Part shown: piece by piece, positions 1-11,640 of the stretch
How positions within the stretch are numbered: the first letter of the stretch is position 1
Layout: every line of letters starts with the position of its first letter
NCBI GenBank assembly: GCA_031416315.1
Contig: JANOTL010000205.1
Location: 1-18,665, forward strand
Origin: Pseudomonadota bacterium
GTDB taxonomy: Bacteria; Bdellovibrionota_B; Oligoflexia; Oligoflexales; CAIYRB01
Length of the DNA stretch: 18,665 nucleotides
Direction: 5' to 3'
Made by a program: the position numbers and the translations under genes
Notes under the pieces: model-generated
The model's database searches: none
Told to the model about the DNA's origin: nothing
The model's input: only the letters and a program-made list of their open reading frames with translations

Positions 1-401
1 CGCGGCGCGGGATTACCGTCTGCGTCGGCGACCATCTCGAGGAGTAGGACGCCTTCGACGAAGGCGAGCGGCTTCGGCACGCTGACGCCGGCGCCCGAAA
101 GCAGGTAGAGCGAGTCGACCTCCGTGTTTTGCCACTCGGACTCGGCCTCCTTCTTCCCGTGGCGGCTGCCCTTGCCCATGGCACGTGCGTCGCGGGTGTT
201 CCGCGATTTGCGGCCCTCCAGGTACTGGGTCTTCGCCTTGAAAGTGCGCTGATTCGCCTCTTTATAGACCTTGGCGCAACAGACCTCGCCCTCGGCGCGC
301 ACGAGGTAGACCTCGGCCTCCTTGCCGCTTTGCAGCTGGCCGATGACGTCTTCGATGAGCTCGGCCTCGACCAGGGGGAGGAGGCGGTTCGGAATCTTCA
401 T
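1..401 (-). CDS. RIO1-like atypical Ser/Thr protein kinase (PA4780-like family), N-terminal part; runs off the left edge
   Basis: Not in the ORF track because it is truncated. Manual translation from ATG at 401: MKIPNRLLPLVEAELIEDVIGQLQSGKEAEVYLVRAEGEVCCAKVYKEANQRTF...WQNTEVDSLYLLSGAGVSVPKP...GVLLLEMVADADGNPAP. SGKEAxVY P-loop and AKVY catalytic Lys motif are typical of bacterial RIO1 kinases. Confidence 0.88.
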   Translation of the reverse strand, partial: MKIPNRLLPLVEAELIEDVIGQLQSGKEAEVYLVRAEGEVCCAKVYKEANQRTFKAKTQYLEGRKSRNTRDARAMGKGSRHGKKEAESEWQNTEVDSLYLLSGAGVSVPKPLAFVEGVLLLEMVADADGNPAP

Positions 402-593
402 CCGAGCGGTATATACCGGGTCGCGCCGTCAGGCACTGATTGCCTTTAGGGAGAGCCTCGAAGACGCGTGAACTTCGCGGGAGAGAGGCCAGTCTGGCCG
501 ACAAGTATCAGATTTTATTTATTTTTTCCGCACATTGATGTTTCGCCGGCCACCGATGATGTGCATCTCAGCTTCGCGGCGTAAACTGGAGCC

Positions 594-1100
594 ATGCACG
601 CCGCGCCCCTCACCCAGGCTGATTACCGCGCTTACGGCGACGTCGTCGCGGCGCGCGCCGACGTCACGCCGCGCCCGGCGAACCTGGGTTTTGCGCAGCG
701 CTACGACCTCCTCTCAGAGCTTCGCAATGCGCGCGGCGCGGCCGCCGCGCCGAATCTCTGCGTCTTTCGCTGCGAGCCGATGGTGACGCCGGGCGGCGCC
801 AGGTTCGACGTGAAGCTCCTCGAGCGTCACGCGCATTCGACGCAGGTTTTCGTGCCGATGGGCGGGGTAAGGCGCTACCTCGTCATCGTCGCGCTCGGCG
901 GTGCCGCCCCTGATCTCGCGACGCTGAAGGCTTTCTTGGCGACCGGAAATCAAGGGATCAGCTACCACCCGGCCGTTTGGCATCATCCCTTGGTCGCTCT
1001 CGACGGGCCCTCGGATTTCGCCTCGCTCGTCTGGGAGGACGGCGGCGCCGGTGATTGCGAGGTTCTTCGCCTCGAGGCGCCGATCACGGTACGCTTCTAA
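594..1100 (+). CDS. allA: Ureidoglycolate lyase (AllA family)
   Basis: 168 aa with the family motifs PLT...YGDVV, LLERHAHSTQVFVPM and QGISYHPAVWHHPL. Confidence 0.88.
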   Translation: MHAAPLTQADYRAYGDVVAARADVTPRPANLGFAQRYDLLSELRNARGAAAAPNLCVFRCEPMVTPGGARFDVKLLERHAHSTQVFVPMGGVRRYLVIVALGGAAPDLATLKAFLATGNQGISYHPAVWHHPLVALDGPSDFASLVWEDGGAGDCEVLRLEAPITVRF

Positions 1101-1161
1101 GGTTCGCCCTCACTCGTTTTGAGTCCGTTCTTATTGAATCTGTTCGTGCTATAGCAAGGTC

Positions 1162-1938
1162 ATGAAAAACCATGAAAATGACGCCGCGCCGGCTCCGATC
1201 GGAGAGGCGAGCTCCGAACACTTCGTCGCGAGCCAAAGATTGGCGGGGCTCAGCGTCCTCTTGGTCGACGATGGTCCGGATAACCAAGCTCTCCTTGGGC
1301 GCTTCCTGACGGCCAGTGGCGCGACCGTCGAATTCGCCGCAAACGGAGCGGAAGCGGTCGAAAAGGCGAGGAACGGGGACCATGACGTCGTCTTGATGGA
1401 CATGGAGATGCCCGTGGTCGACGGATACACCGCCGCGAGGTCGTTGCGAGCCGGAGGCTACCTTCCTCCCATCGTCGCATTGACGGCGCACTCGACGGCC
1501 GGCGAGCGCGAAAAGTGCTTGGCGCAAGGCTGCTCGGACTACCTCGCGAAACCCTTCAAGCCGAATGCGCTCGTGGATACCATCGAAAGAGTCGTTCGGC
1601 CGGAAAGGACCGCGCCGGCTGAGACGCATATGGAGTCCGAATTCGCCGGTGACCCGATCTTGGGTCCCCTCATCGCCAACTTCGTCAAGAACCTGCCGAG
1701 CCGCGTGGCGGCGCTTTCCAGCGCTCAAGAGCGGTCTGACTGGTCGGAGATCGAGAACCTCGCTCACCAAATGGCAGGGGCCGCCGGCGGCTATGGTTTT
1801 CCCGCGATGGGGCGAATCGCCGCAAAGATCGAGATGCAGGCGAAGGACAAGGCGCCGGCGGAGATTTTGGCGACCTCGATCGGCACGTTCGCCTCACTTT
1901 GCAGCGCCGCCGCGCGTCCCGGCTCCACGCTGCACTGA
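1162..1938 (+). CDS. Response regulator receiver + HPt domain protein (REC-HPt)
   Basis: REC motifs VLLVDD, VVLMDMEMPVVDG (phospho-Asp), ALTA, KPF; C-terminal HPt motif LAHQMAGAAGGYGFP. Confidence 0.9.
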   Translation: MKNHENDAAPAPIGEASSEHFVASQRLAGLSVLLVDDGPDNQALLGRFLTASGATVEFAANGAEAVEKARNGDHDVVLMDMEMPVVDGYTAARSLRAGGYLPPIVALTAHSTAGEREKCLAQGCSDYLAKPFKPNALVDTIERVVRPERTAPAETHMESEFAGDPILGPLIANFVKNLPSRVAALSSAQERSDWSEIENLAHQMAGAAGGYGFPAMGRIAAKIEMQAKDKAPAEILATSIGTFASLCSAAARPGSTLH

Positions 1939-1939
1939 A

Positions 1940-2265
1940 TCAATGTCTGGACAGGTTTCCACGGACGGTCGCGTCGCACAGTGACCCGAACCTTGCAATC
2001 GCATGCGCCACGGCCGCGGCGGGCACTCGGTCCGCGATCTGGGACTCGATCCTAGCGGCGACTCGGCTTAGCTCGGGGAATCCGTAACCGCCGGACGACC
2101 CGGCGAGCTGGTGCGCCAGGCTCGAGACTTTTTTCCAGTCCGATTGGCGCTCGGCCTCGCGCAACGCCGCCACCCGCTCCGGTAACCCGCGAACGAACCC
2201 GTCGACCAAGGGGCCAACGACTGGATGATCGTGCAATTCCGAGCGGCGCGCCTCCTCAGAGGACC

Positions 2266-2281
<16 letters not shown>
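1940..2281 (-). CDS. HPt domain in the -1 frame relative to the upstream hybrid kinase (candidate frameshifted C-terminal extension of 2266..6354)
   Basis: Frame reads KKKVLRSSEEARRSELHDHPVVGPLVDGFVRGLPERVAALREAERQSDWKKVSSLAHQLAGSSGGYGFPELSRVAARIE...RH*, homologous to the HPt of 1162..1938. No ATG between the A-run and the HPt core. Confidence 0.85.
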
Positions 2282-6354
<4,073 letters not shown>

Positions 6355-6515
6355 AAGGGCTTGCTGCCTACGCGTTCTGGCATCACCAGGAGCCAGTGGC
6401 TCAGTTTGGCCGAAGCCTACGCCTAGCCTGGTCAGTAAGACAGCGCCGATCGCATCGAGGCTGAGAAGTTGAACCCGTTTTTTTCAACAGTTACGGGATC
6501 TCAAGGCGGATCCCC

Positions 6516-9053
6516 TTAGGGGAAACCACCGTTTCGCAGCGCGACGATCGCCTCGGTGAGCTCGCTGATTCTTACGGGCTTGGTCAAGTGCGCCTGAAAG
6601 CCGGCAGTTAGCGCCTCGTCCCGGTCTCGTTCCGTGGCGTATGCCGTCAGAGCGATGGCAGGTATCGGCGGCAGAGAGCGTTGTCGCTCGCGGCTGCGCC
6701 ACTCTTTTATCAATTCGAAGCCGTTCATCTCGGGCATCCCGATATCACTCACGAGCAGGTCCGGCCTCTGCCGATCGAGAAGATCCAAGCATTGCGTTGC
6801 GGACTCGGCCGCAGTCACCGAGGTGGCGCCGAACCTCAGAAGCAGTTTTACCAGGAGATCCCTGGCATCGGCTTGGTCGTCGGCAACGATGATGGCCAGC
6901 CCGGCGAGCGGCAGGGCGATGCCTTGCGACGGCGTCGTGTCGCGATCCGTTGCCTTCGCGGCCAGGGAATCTTCCGTCGAGTCGTCGTCGACCCGAAGCG
7001 CCTTGACCGGGAGCATCACGGTGAAGGTCGCGCCACTGCCTTTGCCGCTGCTGTGCGCCTGGACGGTGCCGCCGTGCAGCTCGGTCAGGTGCCTAACGAT
7101 CGCAAGACCGAGGCCGAGCCCCCCATACTGGCGCGTCTTCGACGCATCTTCCTGGTGGAATCGGTCGAACACATGCGGCAAGAAATCGGCTGAGATGCCC
7201 TGCCCCGAGTCCTCGACGCGGAATTCGACGTGCGACTCGACCCTTCTTGCGACGAGGCGGACGGAGCCGCCCTTGGCCGTGAATTTCACGGCATTCGACA
7301 AAAGGTTCCAGAATATTTGCTGGAGCCTCGTCGCGTCGCCCACGATCGTCCCTAAGCCATCTTCTTGGATTTGGATCTCGAGGCGGACGCCTTTCGACTC
7401 GGCTGCGAATCGAATGGCGTCGGCGGCTGCGAAGAGGATCGCCTCGGCGGCGAACGACGTCAGCTCCAGCATCAACTTGCCGGTGATGATGCGCGAGACG
7501 TCCAAAAGGTCACCGATGAGCTGGGTCTGCAATTTGGTATTGCGTGCGATGGCGTCGATCGAGTCCTGGAAGTCCTGTGACCCCGGCTCTTCAAGGCGAA
7601 GGAGCTCGGCGTGCCCGCCGATTACGTTCAAAGGCGAACGCAGCTCATGCGACAGGACCGCTAGAAATTCATCCTTTCTGCGGTCCGCTTCGGTCAGATG
7701 CCGGAGCAAGCGTTCGGCTTCGGCTCTCGATCTGCGCTCGCTGGCGAGCAGGACCTCACGGTCGTCTTCAGCGACCTTGCGTTCGTGAATGTCGATGACG
7801 GACCCGATATAGCCTTCGACTTCGCCCATTTCCCCGAGCCGCGGCTCACCTAGATCGATGGCCCAGCGATAGACGCCGTCGTTGCGGCGAAGGCGGCATT
7901 CGAGCCGGAAACCGATGCCTTTTTCCGCGGCGGCCCGCACGATCTCGCCCGACGGCTCCGCGTCGTCCGGATGGACGGCGTTGAGCCATCCGAAGCCCAA
8001 GGCCTGCGCCATCGTCTGTCCGGTCGATTCCCGCCACTGGCGGTTCACGAACGTGCATTCACCCGCGGAGTCAAGAAGCCAGATCATGACGGGCGCGTCG
8101 TCGACCAGGGCGCGAAAATACGCTTCGCTCGCGCGAATGGTGATGGCCTCTTGCTCTCGTTCCAAGCGCTCTCGGGCGAGGTTTTGGCGTCCGAGCTCCG
8201 CGGCTTTGAAAGCCGAAATGTCGCGCATCGTGACCACGGCGCCGCCGTTGCTGCCGTCGGCGCGCATGATCGCACGACCGCTGGCTAGGATTTGGCGCGC
8301 GGGCCCGTGCGTCGGCGAGATCACCATTTCGGCGTCTTGAACTGCCTCGCCCGCAAGAGCGCGAAAAAGCGGAATGCTCTCCATCTGCAGCGGCGTGCAG
8401 CCATCTGCCTCGAAGAGACTGTAGTGGTTGGCCCACTGCTCTGGTGGCACGGGGGACTCGGGGAGCCCGTGAAACTCACGCGTCGCTTTGTTAAACATCG
8501 TCAGCCTGCCGTCGGCGTCGCACGCGACGACTCCCTCGGCAACATTGTCCAGGATCGCATTCAGCAAGTCCCGTTCTGCGGCGAGCTCCGTCATATGATG
8601 GACGTTGGTGAAGGCAGATACGGCGGACTGGATCGCGGCATGAAGCGCATTTTGAATGATCGAGATCTCGACCTTGCCGAGAGCTTCCTCGCGATCGAGG
8701 TCGTCGAGAATCGCTCCATGCAGGAGCTGATACTCGGTGAGGACTGCCGCCAGCGTGACGTCGTCCGCACCGCTTGTTTGCGCCGTGTGCTTGCGCGAAA
8801 CCACCGCAGTGCGCTGCTGATCACCTGAGAGGGCGTCAGCCAGGACATCGAGGAAGACTCGGAGTTCGTCCTGCAAAAACAATCGCGCTCGATGCTTAGC
8901 CGCCGGGACGGCGTGTCGCACTCGCTTCTCCCACTCCTCCAGGATGGAGTCGCGGTTGCGACGGAGAATGGCTCCGGGGTTCAACTTGCCGCTACCTGGT
9001 GTCATGCTCATCGGGCGCAATTCGGGCGGAGCTGGCGCTGTGCGGACCGCCAA
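6516..9053 (-). CDS. Hybrid sensor histidine kinase (RsbRD_N-like helical N-terminus, two PAS domains, HisKA, HATPase_c, REC)
   Basis: N-terminal ILRRNRDSILEEWEKRVR; PAS motifs GVVACDADGRLTMFN and GWLNAVHPDD; H-box FLAVLSHELRSPL; LSNAVKFT, DSGQGI, GGLGLGL; REC VSDIGMPEMNG. The start is uncertain: TTG 9053 or in-frame ATG 9011 / 9005. Confidence 0.92.
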   Translation of the reverse strand: MAVRTAPAPPELRPMSMTPGSGKLNPGAILRRNRDSILEEWEKRVRHAVPAAKHRARLFLQDELRVFLDVLADALSGDQQRTAVVSRKHTAQTSGADDVTLAAVLTEYQLLHGAILDDLDREEALGKVEISIIQNALHAAIQSAVSAFTNVHHMTELAAERDLLNAILDNVAEGVVACDADGRLTMFNKATREFHGLPESPVPPEQWANHYSLFEADGCTPLQMESIPLFRALAGEAVQDAEMVISPTHGPARQILASGRAIMRADGSNGGAVVTMRDISAFKAAELGRQNLARERLEREQEAITIRASEAYFRALVDDAPVMIWLLDSAGECTFVNRQWRESTGQTMAQALGFGWLNAVHPDDAEPSGEIVRAAAEKGIGFRLECRLRRNDGVYRWAIDLGEPRLGEMGEVEGYIGSVIDIHERKVAEDDREVLLASERRSRAEAERLLRHLTEADRRKDEFLAVLSHELRSPLNVIGGHAELLRLEEPGSQDFQDSIDAIARNTKLQTQLIGDLLDVSRIITGKLMLELTSFAAEAILFAAADAIRFAAESKGVRLEIQIQEDGLGTIVGDATRLQQIFWNLLSNAVKFTAKGGSVRLVARRVESHVEFRVEDSGQGISADFLPHVFDRFHQEDASKTRQYGGLGLGLAIVRHLTELHGGTVQAHSSGKGSGATFTVMLPVKALRVDDDSTEDSLAAKATDRDTTPSQGIALPLAGLAIIVADDQADARDLLVKLLLRFGATSVTAAESATQCLDLLDRQRPDLLVSDIGMPEMNGFELIKEWRSRERQRSLPPIPAIALTAYATERDRDEALTAGFQAHLTKPVRISELTEAIVALRNGGFP

Positions 9054-9351
9054 GATTAGATCTCGGTGTTGTAGCAGTGATTGGAGGTGGGCGAAGGTCG
9101 AAGATGATTGCCATCCAGCTGGCTCGTGTCGGCGGCTGGCAAAGCCATCAGGAGAGGCATCGCCAAGCGAATGTTATCAACGGGTTGCCGCGGGCGGCGT
9201 GGTTGCTGGGTACGATGGCCGAAGTGATCGGGTGAGGGCGACCTGCGGGCGCCCGCCCCTCGGGGAGCTAGTGCTCCGGGCGCTGAATTCGTCCCATGCC
9301 GCTCAGTCGAGCGATGCTACAGCGTGTTGTGACCATGCGTCTTCAGTACGG

Positions 9352-9367
9352 AGCAGGATCCATGCCA
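9352..9367 (-). promoter_or_regulatory. Candidate sigma54 (-24/-12) promoter upstream of the PAS hybrid kinase
   Basis: Minus strand TGGCATGGATCCTGCT versus consensus TGGCACG-N4-TTGCW, with GG and GC correctly spaced; intergenic, about 300 nt upstream of the CDS. Confidence 0.35.
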
Positions 9368-9409
9368 CTTACGGAATCCCGCTCGAGTGCAAAATGCGTC
9401 ACAAGTTGT

Positions 9410-10702
9410 TTAAGATCGACGAAACCACCGCCGAGCAAAGTAGATGCCCGCCGCCGAAAGAAGGACTCCTCCTCCGACCATGTACGTGAGCGCGTCAAAC
9501 TGCAGCATCATGGCCAGGGTCAAGCAGAGACCTACCACGGGGAAAACGGGGCACTTCTTTACGCTCAGCGGAACTCGAAACGGCCGCTTCTCGCTCGGCG
9601 CTCGGTAGCGCAGCGCTATCACCGCGGCGTGAACGGCCATAAAAGCCACCAGCGCCCCGAACGAGGCGACGCTCGCCACAGCCTCGACCCTGCCCAGAAG
9701 GAGAAAGGTCGAGGCCAAGCCAAAGATCGCCAAGGCGGACAACCAAGGACTTCCGCGCTCGGCCAGTACGGAAGAAAGCTTTTCGGGCAGGTCTCCGGCG
9801 CGCGCCATCGAGAAGAGGACGCGGCTGGCGGCAACGATGGCGATGAGCGCCGTATTCGCCGTCGCAAAAAGCGCGATTCCACCGAGAGCGTTGGCTGTCC
9901 CCGGCGACACGGAAGCAACGGCGGCGGCAAGCGGCGAGTCACTCGCCGCGAGCTCTCCTGGGGGCAGTAGCGCGACGACGGCCAAAGCGACGAGCACATA
10001 AAGCGCGGTCGTTACGCCAAGGCTGATTAAGATCGCGCGCGGGATATCACGCCCAGGGTTTTTCGACTCCTCTGAAAGATTGGCGATGTTCTCAAAGCCT
10101 AGGTAGTAGAAGAAAATTAGGGCTGCGCCCGGAAGAATCCCCGCGGTCGGGGTTGAAAGCATCGCCTTCCCGAACGAATCGCCGCCCGTGACCGCAACAT
10201 AGATAACCAGAACGAGCCCCGAGGCTTCAACAAGAGTGAAGAGAATATTGACCCAGCTCGACTCTTTGATGCCGGCCACGCTGATCGCCGTAGCGACTCC
10301 GAGAAGAGCTACCGCCACCAGGCCTTCGGGCACGTCGATGAACGACTTGAGATAGCCAGAAAAGGAGAGGGCGACTGTCGCGGCCGTCGCCGCCCCGAGG
10401 CTAGCGACCATCAGGCCTACGGCAAAGGCGATCAAGCGGCGCCTTGGGAACGCTTTACCGAGGTATGCATACTCAGCGCCGGCATTCGGATGCATGGTCG
10501 CCATCTCGGCGTAGGAAAGACCGGTGAAGAGCGCGACAACAGCGCTTAGGGCGAAGCTAAGCCACAGACTTTCGCCGGCGCGCCCAGCGGCTGCGCCGAC
10601 CACCGAATAGACGCCGGCTCCAAGAATCATCCCGATGCCGTAGAACGTCAGCGGGACGGCGCCGAGAGTTTTCTTCAACTTCCCGTCCGTGTTGCTCACC
10701 AC
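9410..10702 (-). CDS. APC family amino acid permease
   Basis: 430 aa, highly hydrophobic; motifs LKKTLG, GMILGAGVY, SYAEMATMHPNAGAEY, YLGFENIANLSEESKNPGRDIPRAI, SRVLFSMARAG, RPFRVP. Confidence 0.93.
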   Translation of the reverse strand: MVSNTDGKLKKTLGAVPLTFYGIGMILGAGVYSVVGAAAGRAGESLWLSFALSAVVALFTGLSYAEMATMHPNAGAEYAYLGKAFPRRRLIAFAVGLMVASLGAATAATVALSFSGYLKSFIDVPEGLVAVALLGVATAISVAGIKESSWVNILFTLVEASGLVLVIYVAVTGGDSFGKAMLSTPTAGILPGAALIFFYYLGFENIANLSEESKNPGRDIPRAILISLGVTTALYVLVALAVVALLPPGELAASDSPLAAAVASVSPGTANALGGIALFATANTALIAIVAASRVLFSMARAGDLPEKLSSVLAERGSPWLSALAIFGLASTFLLLGRVEAVASVASFGALVAFMAVHAAVIALRYRAPSEKRPFRVPLSVKKCPVFPVVGLCLTLAMMLQFDALTYMVGGGVLLSAAGIYFARRWFRRS

Positions 10703-10720
10703 CTTGAATGTCCTACGCCC

Positions 10721-11110
10721 TTAGTGGTTAGGCCGTGCGTTCCCTTTGTTTTTCTCCCCTTCGCGTCCCGATGCGCCCGAGTGCGGAACATCGAATTCTG
10801 GAATATCGCTGACTTTCATTGTCTTTTTTCCGGCTGTGCTTGCATCGCTCGCCTCCGACATCAAGCCAGTTGTAGACTTCAGATTTGCTGACGTTGACCA
10901 CTCCTTCATCGCCTGGTCACCCGGCCGACCGATGTGCACCTTGTCGTCGACCTTTGTGACCCAACTCAAAGGGATAAAGTGATGTTGGCCGTTCTTGTCC
11001 TTTTTGAGTTTGATGGTGTCGCTCCCCTCCATATGGTCGACCGTGGCAAACTGGCCATTTTTCGAGCACACGACTGGGGCGTCCGGATTAATTTGATTGC
11101 CGCTAATCAT
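10721..11110 (-). CDS. DUF2171-like protein with a low-complexity C-terminal tail (129 aa)
   Basis: Start reassigned to ATG 11110 (AAGGA SD upstream). Sequence VVCSKNGQFATVDHMEGSDTIKLKKDKNGQHHFIPLSWVTKVDDKVH fits the remembered DUF2171 pattern. Confidence 0.8.
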   Translation of the reverse strand: MISGNQINPDAPVVCSKNGQFATVDHMEGSDTIKLKKDKNGQHHFIPLSWVTKVDDKVHIGRPGDQAMKEWSTSANLKSTTGLMSEASDASTAGKKTMKVSDIPEFDVPHSGASGREGEKNKGNARPNH

Positions 11111-11157
11111 GGTGGTTCCTTTGGTTATTTCGAAAATTGCGAACGGAATGAATCTGA

Positions 11158-11173
11158 TGCATGATCTGTGCCT
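11158..11173 (-). promoter_or_regulatory. Candidate sigma54 (-24/-12) promoter for the DUF2171-like and APC permease genes
   Basis: Minus strand AGGCACAGATCATGCA with GGCAC and TGCA correctly spaced, ending 48 nt upstream of the ATG at 11110. Confidence 0.45.
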
Positions 11174-11341
11174 CTCCGGAGGAGCGTCTCCCGACTCGCA
11201 GTGCTTGCACGTTCCTCTGCCGAGAGGCGACAACGTGCCGGCCGTGAGAAGCAGGACTTTCTCCTCATCGAGAGCGAGAGCCAAGGTGTCGCGCACGACG
11301 AGATGTGGCCTACCAATGGCCTCGGCTGCGCTGCGACAACC

Positions 11342-11640
11342 TCAGTGCAGGTTCTTGCGCGCGATGCGGGCGCAGATCGAGTCGAACGCGGCGATGGACC
11401 GCGCTAGCTCGGCTTGTCTTGGATGGTTCTTTGCGAACGCCTCGATCCGGGACGCGACCTCGCCGAGCTCCGGGAAACCGTAGCCCCCAGCTGCTCCAGC
11501 CATCTGATGAGCCAGGCTTGCGACCTCCCCCAGTCTGACTCTTTCTCGGCGCGCTGCAGAGCAGCGACTCGCAAGGGTAGGGTCTTGACGAACTTGGCAA
11601 CGAGCGGAGCAAACACCGGATCATCGGCGATTCCTGTCAT
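11342..11640 (-). pseudogene. HPt domain gene with an internal 1-nt frameshift (or sequencing error) at a G5 run
   Basis: SD GGAGGT (11653-11648), 7-nt spacer, ATG 11640: MTGIADDPVFAPLVAKFVKTLPLRVAALQRAEKESDWG. After the G5 run (11531-11527) homology continues in the -1 frame: EVASLAHQMAGAAGGYGFPELGEVASRIEAFAK...RKNLH* (stop 11344-11342). One extra G restores a 99-aa HPt. Confidence 0.85.

Noticed and set aside
2226..2257. Independent start for the 1940 HPt at an in-frame TTG behind GAGGAGG
   Set aside because: SD-to-TTG spacing is 14 nt, longer than usual; not preferred, though not fully excluded.
9130..9180. Riboswitch-like words (GCAAAGCC, AGGAGAG) near the amino acid permease
   Set aside because: Remaining consensus elements of c-di-GMP-I or glycine aptamers are missing, and the orientation is opposite to the flanking genes.
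11207..11238. Hairpin GCACGTT-CCTCT-GCCG-AGAGG-CGAC-AACGTGC downstream of the hpt gene
   Set aside because: Bulged stem with no U-tract and no second copy in the window; cannot support a terminator or ncRNA call.
11111..11296. N-terminal extension of the DUF2171-like ORF
   Set aside because: Homology-like sequence starts at ATG 11110, which has a good SD and a candidate promoter inside the extension.
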